Source: Chrysomallon squamiferum (lineage: Eukaryota > Animalia > Mollusca). From it: 64,000 nt of DNA. A program made the position numbers and the translations under genes. Where the stretch lies: positions 6,820,001-6,884,000 of the forward strand of contig CM022674.1 of NCBI GenBank assembly GCA_012295275.1. The letters are read 5' to 3'. Under the pieces are notes generated by a model. The model saw only the letters and a list, made by a program, of their open reading frames with translations, searched no databases and had not been told where the DNA came from. Of the stretch, positions 24,701 through 37,383 are shown piece after piece. How positions within the stretch are numbered: the first letter of the stretch is position 1; each line of letters begins with the position of its first letter.

Positions 24701-27227
24701 GAGCTATAGGTGGTTCTATAAAATTAAAAGAACATTAAAATCATTATGAGAGTTGTAAGTATATAGGTAAATCTCAATTACAGTAGTTTAAAGTTACAGG
24801 TACAAAATCAGAAACATTGTCTTGAGCTGTAACATTTTGAACTACAGATATGCTTATAAAATGAAAAAGGAAATAATTTGGGTCATCATATTTTTGAACA
24901 ATAAATGAATAATTGTAATATCACACAAAAAGAGATATATCTATAAATGTAGAACCTTTTAACTATCCATTTGTAAGCAAGAGCAGGATGCATTTTTATA
25001 CTAATCAAACTGCAGGTAATTAGACCTAAAAGGTATCCAAGTTGATTTGTACCTTTTCCATGGATTAAGGCAACAATGTGAGGACAATGCTTGACCTGAC
25101 AAGAAAATTGGCCATAATGTAAATAAATTATCCTGCCTCTACATTATTTTGCTAGTGACACAGTTTAATAGTTCAACAGCCTCCATCAAAGCATTGCTTG
25201 AATTCTTGATGTAAATATGACAGATGAATGCTAAACTGCTCCACATCTACTTTATATGCTAAATGAATATTTAACATCGCTTCTTAGTGGAACTTGGCTG
25301 TAGTTCAGTTGTTGCAGTATATGACTGAAGTACAAAGGTTTGCTGGATCAATCCACTTCAGTGGTGCCTTAAAGTATTTTTATGTTATAGCAGTGAATTA
25401 TAAACATAAGCTTTCATTAAGATTCTTATTGCTAATAGAAGATTCAAATCTTGAAACAGTGTTAACAGTCTGGTTGTTTACATTATCATCATTACATAAA
25501 CAATTAAATTTTGATAATCATGTGCTTTCCCAATCATAGGAAAGTGTATATAAAATATTTCTAACTGCTAAAATAAAAAGAACAGAATCTTCAAATTGTA
25601 TTTGTAGCTTCATGGTTTATACCATGATAATACAAAAATTAATGAATGATAAACATTTGCTTTCCTAATACTGGTAATCAAAGAACAGATTCTTGGAATA
25701 ATATAAAACATATCTGTAATATCCATAACTATTTAATATTAAAATAATAACATTTATGCTTTCATCACTATAAGATATTTAAATATTTTCAGAGAAGCTG
25801 ATATGACTATCACAAAATCTTAAAGAAACTGATGCTGGTTGAATAAAATACAGAACAATAAAGTTTAAATAATAATAATAATAATAATAATTAAACTTAT
25901 GATTAGGATGGAAAGAGTTATGTCCCTTAATCTGGAGAATGCATCATGATAAAAATATCAAATGACTTGTACTGTAATTTATTTTAAAAATAACAAAAAA
26001 CAACTAAGCTTCTTAAAAAATGAAAACTATTATAATGTGTAAATCAGCTATTCTGTAACACAAATTAGTAAAACCTAAAAATTCATCCTGTGAAGATAAA
26101 CAGTAAAAAATTAAAAATCTATAATTATTTTAAAATAAGCTCACTAACTGCCCATAGAAGTCAATGGAAAAAAATAATACTTGAACAATTTAATTAATTT
26201 AATTTAAAAAAAAAAAAAAAGAGGAAATACTTACCCTGGCTTGGATTTTTCACTCTTTTCGACATCATAAAACTTTTCAGCTTGAAAAGGACTGGCATTC
26301 TGGTATCTCAAAACAATGTGCTCTGGTTCGTTCTCACTTTCCATACTACTCGGCCAGTTCTTCTTTCTGTTAGGACTTCGACTTTGTCTGTACACACCTT
26401 GGTGAGCATTGGGGCCATACACATACTGCCCTGCACAATCTTCTTCACCTAACCTGTACGGCTGCCCATTAGCAGGGTTGTCATAAAGAGTTCCAGAAGA
26501 CACTATTGCACTCATGGGTCGCTGTGGTCTATGTCTGGGTGACTCCCCATTTGCAAGGTTTCGACTGTTGGAGGTAGGAGACAAATTGTGATCGTCTAAA
26601 CTTCTCCGGTTTTGAAAAACGGCTCGGTGTGCTGGACTTCGCAGTAAGTCCGCATGTGTGAGAGGCACCGCTGGTAAAGGACGATTGGCCATTGGGTTGT
26701 AACCATGAACAGGTGGCTCCATCTGGGAACAATAAAACTAAAGTCATCAGAAATGTTGAGTGCTGGAATAATGTCCACACTTAATGTATTCAGATAAAAT
26801 TGAAATTTTTACCATAAGATGGAAAATATGTACTGCTAAATTCTGATATAAAAAATAATAATAATAAAAAAATTATAAAAGCCTACATGTGGTAAACAGA
26901 TGTGAAAAATCATAAAGCCTTTCAGTTACTTATTTTAAATCAGAATAAAAAAAAATTGCAGAAAAACACACATATAAAAACAGAATATTTTAAAAATTTC
27001 AAAAACAAAATCACAGAATTTGAGATGAAAAAGAATTTGAAATAAATATTAGTTTGTGTGGTGAAAAAAAATCTTTTTACTTTTTTATTTTTTATTTTCT
27101 TATATTTCCAAACTATTTTGTAATCAAAAAGTATTAATTTAATTCCTTAAAGGGACATAATCCATTAGTCATTCCCTACATTTCTGCCATTCAGCATTTT
27201 TCAGCTTTTAATGCAAAGCAATTTTTC

Positions 27228-27258
<31 letters not shown>

Positions 27259-30200
27259 AAAAAAAACATTAACAGAAAAAAGTTAAAAAAAATATCCAAT
27301 TTTTTCTTGACATAAGCCATTTGTTATTTTACAATAAAATTATTTTAATGGTTCGTGTTTATTTCTGCATATTGTGATTTTCATATTTTCTGGAACACTA
27401 CTGAATTATTTAATCTAAATGCAGAATGAAATTTGATTTCATGTGCTTAGATATAAATAAATGTGTACCAGAACATAACTAATGTATGTTAAAAAGAACC
27501 TTTAATCCTTAATAAAGTATATTATGAATTAAATGCAAGATTTTCATCCTTTTTTTTTTTTCTCTAAAAGGAAACAGTAAGTGAAATTTTATTTTATATT
27601 TTTAGATATATTATGAAGCATCATACAGTCCAACCAACATTACTGGTAGTGAGATAAAACATTAAGACATGATGTAAAATCTTGAACCAAATAATAATTG
27701 CAACTGTTTAAATCCAGGTACATGATCAAATTTGATAGATATTGATGGTCAGAATCTCTTTTAGTTTGGATAAAATTATGACTGAAAGTAATTTTTGATT
27801 AATAATCTGATTTAATGATGCCATAAAATAGCATCATTTATACTAATATATATTTTTTAATTATTTAATAATTGTTTAATTTAAGTTTCTAACAGAAAAT
27901 ATTGTGCTTAGGAGTCATGGGAGGTATATATTTAGTTTTTCAGAAGAGTATTTATGAATTATGTGATAATTTTTCATTTAAAAAAAATATATACTGGTGA
28001 CACGGAAAGGCTTTGAAACTATGAAATACAGAATACTGATTGTGTACCTGTAACAATTACTATAATAAAATAATAATAATAATGATGATGATGATAAGAT
28101 GATGATGGACAATGATAATAATATTATTATTTATTATTAATAATAATAATAATAATAATAACAATAACAATAACAATAACAATAATAAGACTTTTCAAAT
28201 CTATTCTGGGATGAAATAGGATCACAAATCTATAATGTATTTTATGATCTAATAAAGCTGATCAGTTACTGTTATCTAACTACATAAATGCTAACATACA
28301 TCACTCTTTGTGTAATTTCTTTAGTATTTACAGATATCCCACTGGTCATTATCACTAAAAATGTTAAATTAATTTTAAAAAAGCTGACCTCTTGTTGGCC
28401 ATATCGATCTGGTGACTGTGAATGATGATGATCCACCCCTCGATGAGGCGACTGACTCAGTTGTCTCCCTTTACTGGGAGGCAGGAAAATATCTGTAGCT
28501 ATTGGCTCTGTTCCGTTGCACATAAAATGTCTGTCTATCTCATCTTTGAGAGCTGTCACTGGTGACCCTTTGAACTTGTTACTGTTATTAGAGTTTTCCA
28601 GAGATTCTCGTATGGCCGCTGCTGACAAAGGATGGTACTGTGACATCACTGCAGAATTATTCAGGTTCATTTTCATTTTCACTTTTTTGGATGAGTGTGA
28701 TTTAGATTTATTTGCAGATATCCTACTTGAATTTGGTGTTGATGTTGATGAAGATGATGATGCCTTTGCTGAGGATTCTGGGGCTTGTTCGGTTGTACTT
28801 CCTGTGAAACGGTGTTTTACATTCTCAGCTGACTGCTTCGCCTGAAAAGATTATTGGGCGGGGGAAATAACATAGACGGCTGAAAACACAGAAACGTTCT
28901 TCAATTTCAACAATAAAAAATATTAATTAGATAAAGAAATTATTTTCCAGTAGAAGGATGGACATATGGAAATAACAACTGGATACCTTTTGAAATGATG
29001 CTATTAAATATGCAAAAAATGATAACCACAGATGGACTGGTGGAAGGATAGTGAATAGATGGATACAAACATGGATGGATAGACAGATGGACAGATGGGC
29101 AAATCAGAACAGGTCAAATAACACACAATATGAAGTGTAAGATACAAGAAATTATGGAATGAAAAAACCAATAAAATCCACTTCAAGTTTTATTTACATT
29201 TTAATGAAGGGTGAGAGTGAGCTTTCCTGTTGAAAAAAAATAAATAAATAAATAAATAATCATGCATTAACAACCTGTAATTATTGTTAAAAAAATAATA
29301 ATAATAAGCATGAGTAACAATCATGTAGCAACAAACTCATAAATTTGATAAACCGTAAAATCTTCAATTTGGAAATAGTTAAATAGAAATATTTCAAGCA
29401 GTCCTCTTGTAATAAAAAGCTAGATCTTAAAGTGTTCAGCTGAATCAGTAAACTGTTGTATCTGAATGTCAAAAACATTCTGCTGTTTCCAAACAATTAA
29501 CTTCCATGGGAAGTACAGTATCAAAAACCCTGAAATCATGCCTGATTTAAACAAAAAACAATCTGCTAACATTTTGACAGGCTTAAAGGTCAGTTGTAAT
29601 AATCTTCACCAGTGGCATACTAAATAGCCATGTGGATTATACTCAGTTCTTTGTTTATATAATTACATTAAAAAAATTCCCATTGCTTGTACATGCTTGA
29701 AGATAAATAAATAAATAAATAAATACAACAAACTAAAACAAAATAAAAACAGTAAAACAATAAATAAATAATGTAATAACAACCACAACAGTAAAAAAAT
29801 AAATATAAAAATAATAAATAAATAAATAAATAAATAATCAGTATACATATAATTTTTTAATTCATTCTTTGAAAGTTTATACTCTGCATCTTGTCTGTCT
29901 AAAAATATAATCATCCCTGACTTATGATCTTCTTTTTAAAAAAAATATAACATAGACACTAATATTATAATCACAGTTGCCAATTATGTGATAAGAAACC
30001 TAGATTAAAGAAGTTCTAAAATTACACATACAACAGAAGAGAGTCTGTCCTAAAGACCAGCATCAAACAAAAGAAGTCAAGTACGTTTTAAAAGAAAACT
30101 GCACTAAATACCTTAGCTAACAACAGATTCTATAAACCATAGCATGATATAATCAGACCAGAAGATTTTTTCCATGATAAAAAATGTTTATACATTTTGC

Positions 30201-33200
30201 AGAATCCATGGTAAAAATTGAAGAAATTTATTATTTTTTAAATTCTGTTTGTTCTGAGATTGTTCTGTTCCATTATAAATTTGTGTTTTCAGTGAAGACT
30301 ACTTTCTCCTACCTGATCAATTAACTCAAACTAATTTATAAAATAACTACTTAAAAAATAAAACATGACTGCCTTAGCTTTCATAAAATAGTTCCTCTGC
30401 CTATTATATATAATTTTGAAATATTAAGTTTTAAAATCAAACTATAAATTTCAACAAAAGATTTTAACATGTTTCAACACCAATCAACACTGTGCTTAAT
30501 TTAATAATCAGATGGATAGAAATTTAGAGATTTACCTTTCTGTAAAAGTAATTTGCTGCAGAATAAATCAAACACTACCTCTGAACAAAGCTTAAAGTCC
30601 TTTCAAATTGATAGTTTTTAGAACACAACGGGAATTCAATCCAGAAACTGAATATTTGTCATCCCACGAAACAGAACACTTGCAATAACAATAACAAAAA
30701 AGGAACCTCAACAAACATTCACCCTACCAAAAAAAAAGTGCTATAAAAACTAGAATCTCTTTCTAGTATGAGACTACAAAAATTGCAAAAAACGTTTTAA
30801 AATTTATACATGTTTTTTAATGTCTTAAAAAAGTTATAAATAACTGAAGACAGGTAGAAATATGTGCACATTTGATATGTAGAAGCAATTTTTTCTTTAT
30901 TTTTTAATGTTTAAATATCAAATAAATTTAAAGCATGTTCCTTAGAACAGTAAATGTATTTTTAATACATGAAACTCAGTGATTACAAAATGGATTTTTT
31001 AAGTCTTTATATATTGTTTTATTCTTCCTTCTTTTCTTTTTTTTTTTTCTTTTTCTGTGAAATAAAATTTATTTACCTAATCAAGATAGTCTTACTAGAA
31101 ATAACAGTCTAAATTTTTATAATAATAATAATAAGAAGAAGAAGAATATTAATAATAATCAATAATAAAAGTAATAATAATTGCAACAACTACTACTACT
31201 ACTACTAATAATAATAATAATAATAATAAATAAATGAAACAATAAGAAACAAAACGAAATGAAACAAAAACAAAACAAGATAAATAAATAAGTGAATAGG
31301 AAAGAAGTTACAAAAATCTCACCCATATTTTCTTTTTACCAACAATCAGGTCTTGGTCTTTGATGGCCTCTATCTCTTTATCTTTATCTGACGCTGAAGA
31401 TGTTTCTTCTGTTACTGACTGTTTTCTAATTTCCATACGCTGTAGAGCCTTTTTCGACAGTGGTGTAGGCCTAGCGATGGCTGTCAGTTTCTCCTGAAGG
31501 AGCTGCTGCGCCTGCTCCTCAATAGCTCGGAAATGTGCCTGCTGTTCTGTCACTTGCTGAGCTATCAACTCATTAAATGTTGGTGTCTTTGCACGCTCCT
31601 TTGCATAGGCCATTTTGAAGGCATTACCAATTATTGCATTGAGTTCTTCAGCCTGAAAAATAAAATTTACAAATTGGTAAAAAAAAAAAATAATAATAAT
31701 AAAAGAAGAAAGAAACATATAAATAATTCATAACAGAATGCATTTAAGCTTATGAAATCATTTGTGCTTGTTTGTTTCTGGGAGTATTTTTATTATTATT
31801 TAATTTGTTTGTTGTTTTATGGGTTGTTTTTTTTTTGTCTGTTGTTGTTTTTTCTTTTTCATCATTTTTTTTTTTTTTTTTTATTTAAAGGACAACTAGA
31901 AAGTATTTAGGACCAGCTGAGATCACAGTCCAAAGACTTTTAACACTTTATAAATTTTTATAAATTTACATAATGGTCCAGGTCGAAATCAGTTTTGTCA
32001 TTAATATTACAATTATTTATAGAACTATGTAATTACTATTCCAATATCCCTGACATGATATGCTAAACAGCCAATGATAAATAACCTTTATTCTTTGAAC
32101 ATCAATCTTAATTTATGTAAAACAGCAAGACATTTAATAAAAATCAAATGTTATTTATAATATTCAGAGGCTATTAAAATAATTTTCCAATTTCAACATT
32201 TCAAAATTTTCCTGGTCTCAAATTGAATCATTAACATCACTAGTCTGTCAAAATTATTTCAGCAGCCCTGGTTATAATAGTAAATCATCTCCCTCATTTT
32301 ATCATTCATGATATTACTAACCACAACTGTTAAAATATATTTAACAAAAAAATAAAAAAATAAAAAAAATAAAAATGTATGTGTTCCATTAGCATTTAAC
32401 AAAGTCTTTTACATAAAAACAAAATAATTGCAACATGACTGAAGTTTCTGAATTCAAAACTAACTATCTGATACTTCACTGGGCATTTTACTTGTAAGGG
32501 GAAAAAAGCATAAATAATATTATTATATTCTTACAAATAAGTCTATGAAAAAGCCCAAATGAGGATGTTATATCAAAGTTCTGGGAGACTAAAACAACCT
32601 TTTATACTAAATGATTAAAAATATATATATATTTTATACCAAAACAAAAAATAAAGTTAACTTAAAGTTAATAACTATTTAATTTACTTTAGAGTGTTTG
32701 AACAAAATTTTGTGAGAACACGACTTGCAAACGGTGAAAAAGAATCAAGATATTTAAAACACTTGGACAATCTTTCTATTATAAATATCTTTGTATTTTC
32801 TTATTATTTCATATTTAGATAGGAAAAACAATACTGATAATTTTTAATTATTATTATATTAATCATGTCCTAAAATATAACTATAAAAAAAAATTAAAAT
32901 AAAATTAAAGCACTTACTGAATCTGCTGTTTTATTACACAAATAAAAAGGAAGTATTAAAATAATAAACTTTATTAAATTTATCCAAACAAAATCAAAGA
33001 GCTTAAAGATATACCAAACAAAACTGATGTTGAAAGTTTTGCAAAACTCAACTGACAACCTATGTTACCAAAGATCAATACAATGATATTAAAATACCTT
33101 CAGACTGCTCTATCTGTTCTAAATGTCTGTGGGAAAAAACTATTAAAATTTATTATTCATTAGTATTAACTGAACTAAATCAAAGTCTTAAAGATATGAC

Positions 33201-36159
33201 AAACAAAATATTGAAGCAGAATTAAGGCATTATAAAACAGGTGGAGTGAAAGAACATTTCTTAACAAATGACCCATGACAGCAGAGCAATTGGCAATTGA
33301 CTGTTCCACTTATTTCCAACAATAAAGAGTGTGTTATATCCCAGCATGTTTCCAAACAGTTCCTGTGACATTTTCAAAAGCACACCCTTTTCCCTTTCAC
33401 CTGGACAATACAGAAAAGTGCAGTATAAAAGGTTAAGGTAAATGATTCTTAAGCCTATACAGACACGATCAGATTTATATTAGCATCATTGTCAGAGCTG
33501 TGAATAACTGATTGAGTGATTTAGTCATGTAAACGTGCTTAAATTAGAACCATTGTTAACATTTAATAGAGATAGCTGAGAGCTGAGATCAGATATTTAC
33601 ATAGATGGCTGTTTGTTAATTTCGGTACTTCTGGAAAATTAACTGTCATATATATATATTATCTGAGAAATAGTTATTAGAGTGGTATAGAATAGATAAA
33701 GAAAGATAGAGAAATATAAAGAGAGAGAAAGAAAGTCAGAGAGGGTCAGACAGAGAAAAATGGACAGGGAAACAGAGAGAAAGAGTACAAAACATTTATA
33801 GAAATAAAGATACTGAAAATGAGAATTTAAAAAGTCATACATACTAAAATACTGATTTAAATGATCATACATGCAAATGTAAATATATATATATTAATAC
33901 AAAGACAAATTACAGTTTAAAATAAAAAATGTCTTCATGATTTTAACAGTAACTTAAGACAATGGTTAATTTACTAAACTGATAAATACTTCACTGGTGA
34001 GTCACTATATGAACTATGATGTGAGGACACATAAAGAACAATTTCAATAAATACTCATCTGTACTTGTGTTAAGCTTTATATATTTTTTTTTTTCAGCAG
34101 AGATATTTACTTAGGATTTTTTATTTTATTTTATTTTTTTTTATTTTTTTTTTTTTTTGTCTGTTTATGTTATAGTTATTTTTGTTTATTTTTTTTCTTC
34201 CTTATTCATTAAATAATTTGATATCTGTAAATTACTTTCTAAAACATATTAGGGTACCTGTTATGAAATAGTCTGGAAACAAACAAAAACTCCATAATTA
34301 GGTTACTAGTCTAACAAACCACTGAAACTGATATTTATTTGTATCACTGTAAGTAAATTCCTCAAAGTTCAGTTTTCAGTATTCAGGTTTGGTATATATA
34401 TATGTCAGTATTACAGTCACTTACCTCCAAACTCTGACATTCCCACAATGTTGTGACTCAACTAAAATGGAACTGAACCAATTACAGCTGGATAAACAAA
34501 AGAGGTAGTCAATTCAGTATTTATTAGGTTTACCAAAGACATGTTTTTTTTCTTTCTTAACTAACCAGACAATAGACTAGCAAATACAAGATACAGCTGT
34601 GACCTGTTTTTGTAATAAAATAACATACTGTCAGTCTACCACAAGCTAAAATAGACATGGATATGGAAACAGCCTCAGCATTAACAACAATGTGGGCTAC
34701 AGTTCAATCCCAGTTCAAACACAGCATCAAACACAAATAAAAACATCAGGGTACCTCCCCATCAGTTTAATACAAGAGACATAATCACTTGGACAACATA
34801 CACGTGTACAGACAGAGATAAAACACAGCAGTAACTCAACTAGAAGTATAAATACATACTAGTACATGTTACTTTATAAATAAGTATATGCCAGTACACA
34901 CACCAGTACATATGAACACATAACACATATATACAAACATTCATATATACATTTCAATTCAGATATATGAATAAAAGCATGAGACAAAGTTTACTTAACA
35001 ATGATTTCTTCACACTTTGGATCTGCAATTATATGTCATTACATAAGAAGATAACAAAGGACACTTTCTGCCAACTTCTCTTTTACAGTATATTCAAGCA
35101 CACATCTGCACAGACATACACTACACAGATTTTAAACCCAACAAAATGAAAATAAATACATAAAGAACAAAGACATTTACAAAACAAAGAGACAATTTCA
35201 GACACATTGAAAGCAGACTGCCTAACAGAAAGATACAGACACTACACATACAAACATACCATGACATTTAATATTTATGAAGTTAGACATTTCCATGTGT
35301 ATTTATCAGTCACAGAGTAGGATCATCTAGAACTGTATTATACACCATACTGAATGCATGGCTGGTTTCACTCTAATATTTTGAATAATGAACCAACAAA
35401 ATAAATTTATATAAAAATCTTGAATTTTTTTAGTTTGCTGTTATTATTATTATCAAAAAATATATTTTTTAATAGAAAAAAAACAAACAAATGCTGATTA
35501 CTTTTTTTAATTTAATTTTATTTTTTTGTAACATAAATATGCTGAGAAGAAAAAAAAATATTCTATTATCATTTTATCATAGAAAAAGAAAATAATAACC
35601 TTTTTTGAAAACTTTTCTGCAAAAAAAATAAATAAATATAAAACTTGGTGACAAGCCTCAGATAATGGTTAGCAGGTTTAAAGGAAGGTAAAAACTTGAC
35701 AACATAGAAAAAAAGAAAGAAAAAATTTATTATTCTGAAAGACATTATACTACATAAAAGGATATTGTTTCTTACACTCATAAATAAAAACATTTTTTTT
35801 TATATAGTTAATTCTGAAGAGTTGTGATTGTTGGAAGGTTTCCAAAATTTGTTTTTCTGTCAGTGTCAAAACCAGACAATACAGTGGTAATTATTTAATA
35901 AAGTTTGTTTATACAAGCTAAATTTTGCAATCCAAGTGCAAGAAATTTAGTATGGTGTGAATATCTGCATTTCTGATAGTGTTTACAACATAATATAGTT
36001 AGTGCTTTAAAAAAATGATTAAGAAAAAGTTAAAACAGCATAGTTGCCTCTCTAGGAAAACAGGAAAATATATGACTATAATAATTGTGTATGTACATGT
36101 GCCTATGCATGTGTACATGTTTGTGTATATATGTGTATATTTGTATATATCTGAGCAGG

Positions 36160-36199
<40 letters not shown>

Positions 36200-37329
36200 A
36201 TAATGTTTATTTTTGTTTCTTATGTCTTGTTACATGATATATATATATATTTATGTATATATGTACAAATATAAACACTAACTAAACTAAAAATAATAAT
36301 AATAATAATAACAATAATGTCAAAAAAATAAAATAAGATATTCAAGCAGTTAAAGATATTAAAATAGACATACAAATAGATTTTTGAATGAACAATGTCA
36401 CAAGAAGAAGATATATTTGTATACAAAATAATGTAAATACATACAACAAAGTCAGCAGCAGCTCTAGGGTATCAGTGATAACAAAGAACGACATAAGTGA
36501 AACAGAACTATCCTGAATAAGGTGAGCAGTGAACTAGTGACAGAAATAAGAAATATTCTGCTTACTGTCTACAAACACAGGAGAAAGAAGGGAGTAACAT
36601 TTAGTCTGTGCTGTTTTCTTATCATGACCAGGCAGGCTGATATCAGCACCGTGACCCAGTCTGTGGGGTTCAGTTGAGGCCAGACAGACGACAGTTACCT
36701 GTGCAGTAAGGCACACCAGTGACACACTGAAATATCTGGCAGTTGTGTTAAGTTTATGAGCTCACGCAGGTGCCAAAGAAAGCTGGATTTACACCTGGGT
36801 GTCAGCCCACTTGACCTAGCTCCTCTACATGTCAGAATGCAGCTTGCTTTCTGGGTGGGTCAGTAGACGACAGGTACAAAACACATACACCTGGCTACCT
36901 TGTATTTTGTTTCTGCAGTAATGTTTGTTTTTTTTTTTTTCTACATCTAAAACCCATTGTTAACTATTAGTTTTCAATGTATAACAACCTGATTATTTTA
37001 TCTTGTGCCAACAACTTTAAGTAAAGTTATATTATATATTAAAATCTTCATTAAATGTTTTGGGTAAACAACCTGATCAAAATTTATCCTGTGTTAAAAG
37101 TCTGAATACATTATCTTGTGTTAACAATCTGATAAAAATTTAACTAAATAGTCCAAGGCTAAAAACCTGATTCATATTTATCTAGTGCTAACAAATTGAA
37201 TGTTTTGTTATCTAAAAATCTAATTAATATTTGTCATATGCTTAATGCTTGTTCAAAATATTTACATATATTAAAATTCTCTTTGACATGCTTGCTGTGT
37301 AGCAAAACTCAGTAAGAAAGACATACACA

Positions 37330-37383
<54 letters not shown>

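Noticed and set aside
27147-27505. TTAA-AGG...CCT-TTAA bounded segment suggesting a Kolobok-like MITE; also TACACTC..CAAA Tc1-like ends near 16058 and 21470
   Set aside because: Terminal inverted repeats do not extend beyond a few bases and no partner ends were found.
28516-28845. Plus-strand ORFs 28516..28845, 61003..61302, 31533..31733 and 5724..5960
   Set aside because: Antisense shadows of real minus-strand exons.
33098-33126. 29-nt micro-exon-like segment (cccacag...AAG|GTATTT) in intron 4
   Set aside because: Contains an in-frame stop and a weak donor; indistinguishable from chance.
34425-34440. ATG TCA GAG TTT GGA G|GTAAGT mini-exon in intron 4
   Set aside because: Strong donor but phase 1, incompatible with phase-0 exon 5; at most a non-coding first exon, unsupported.
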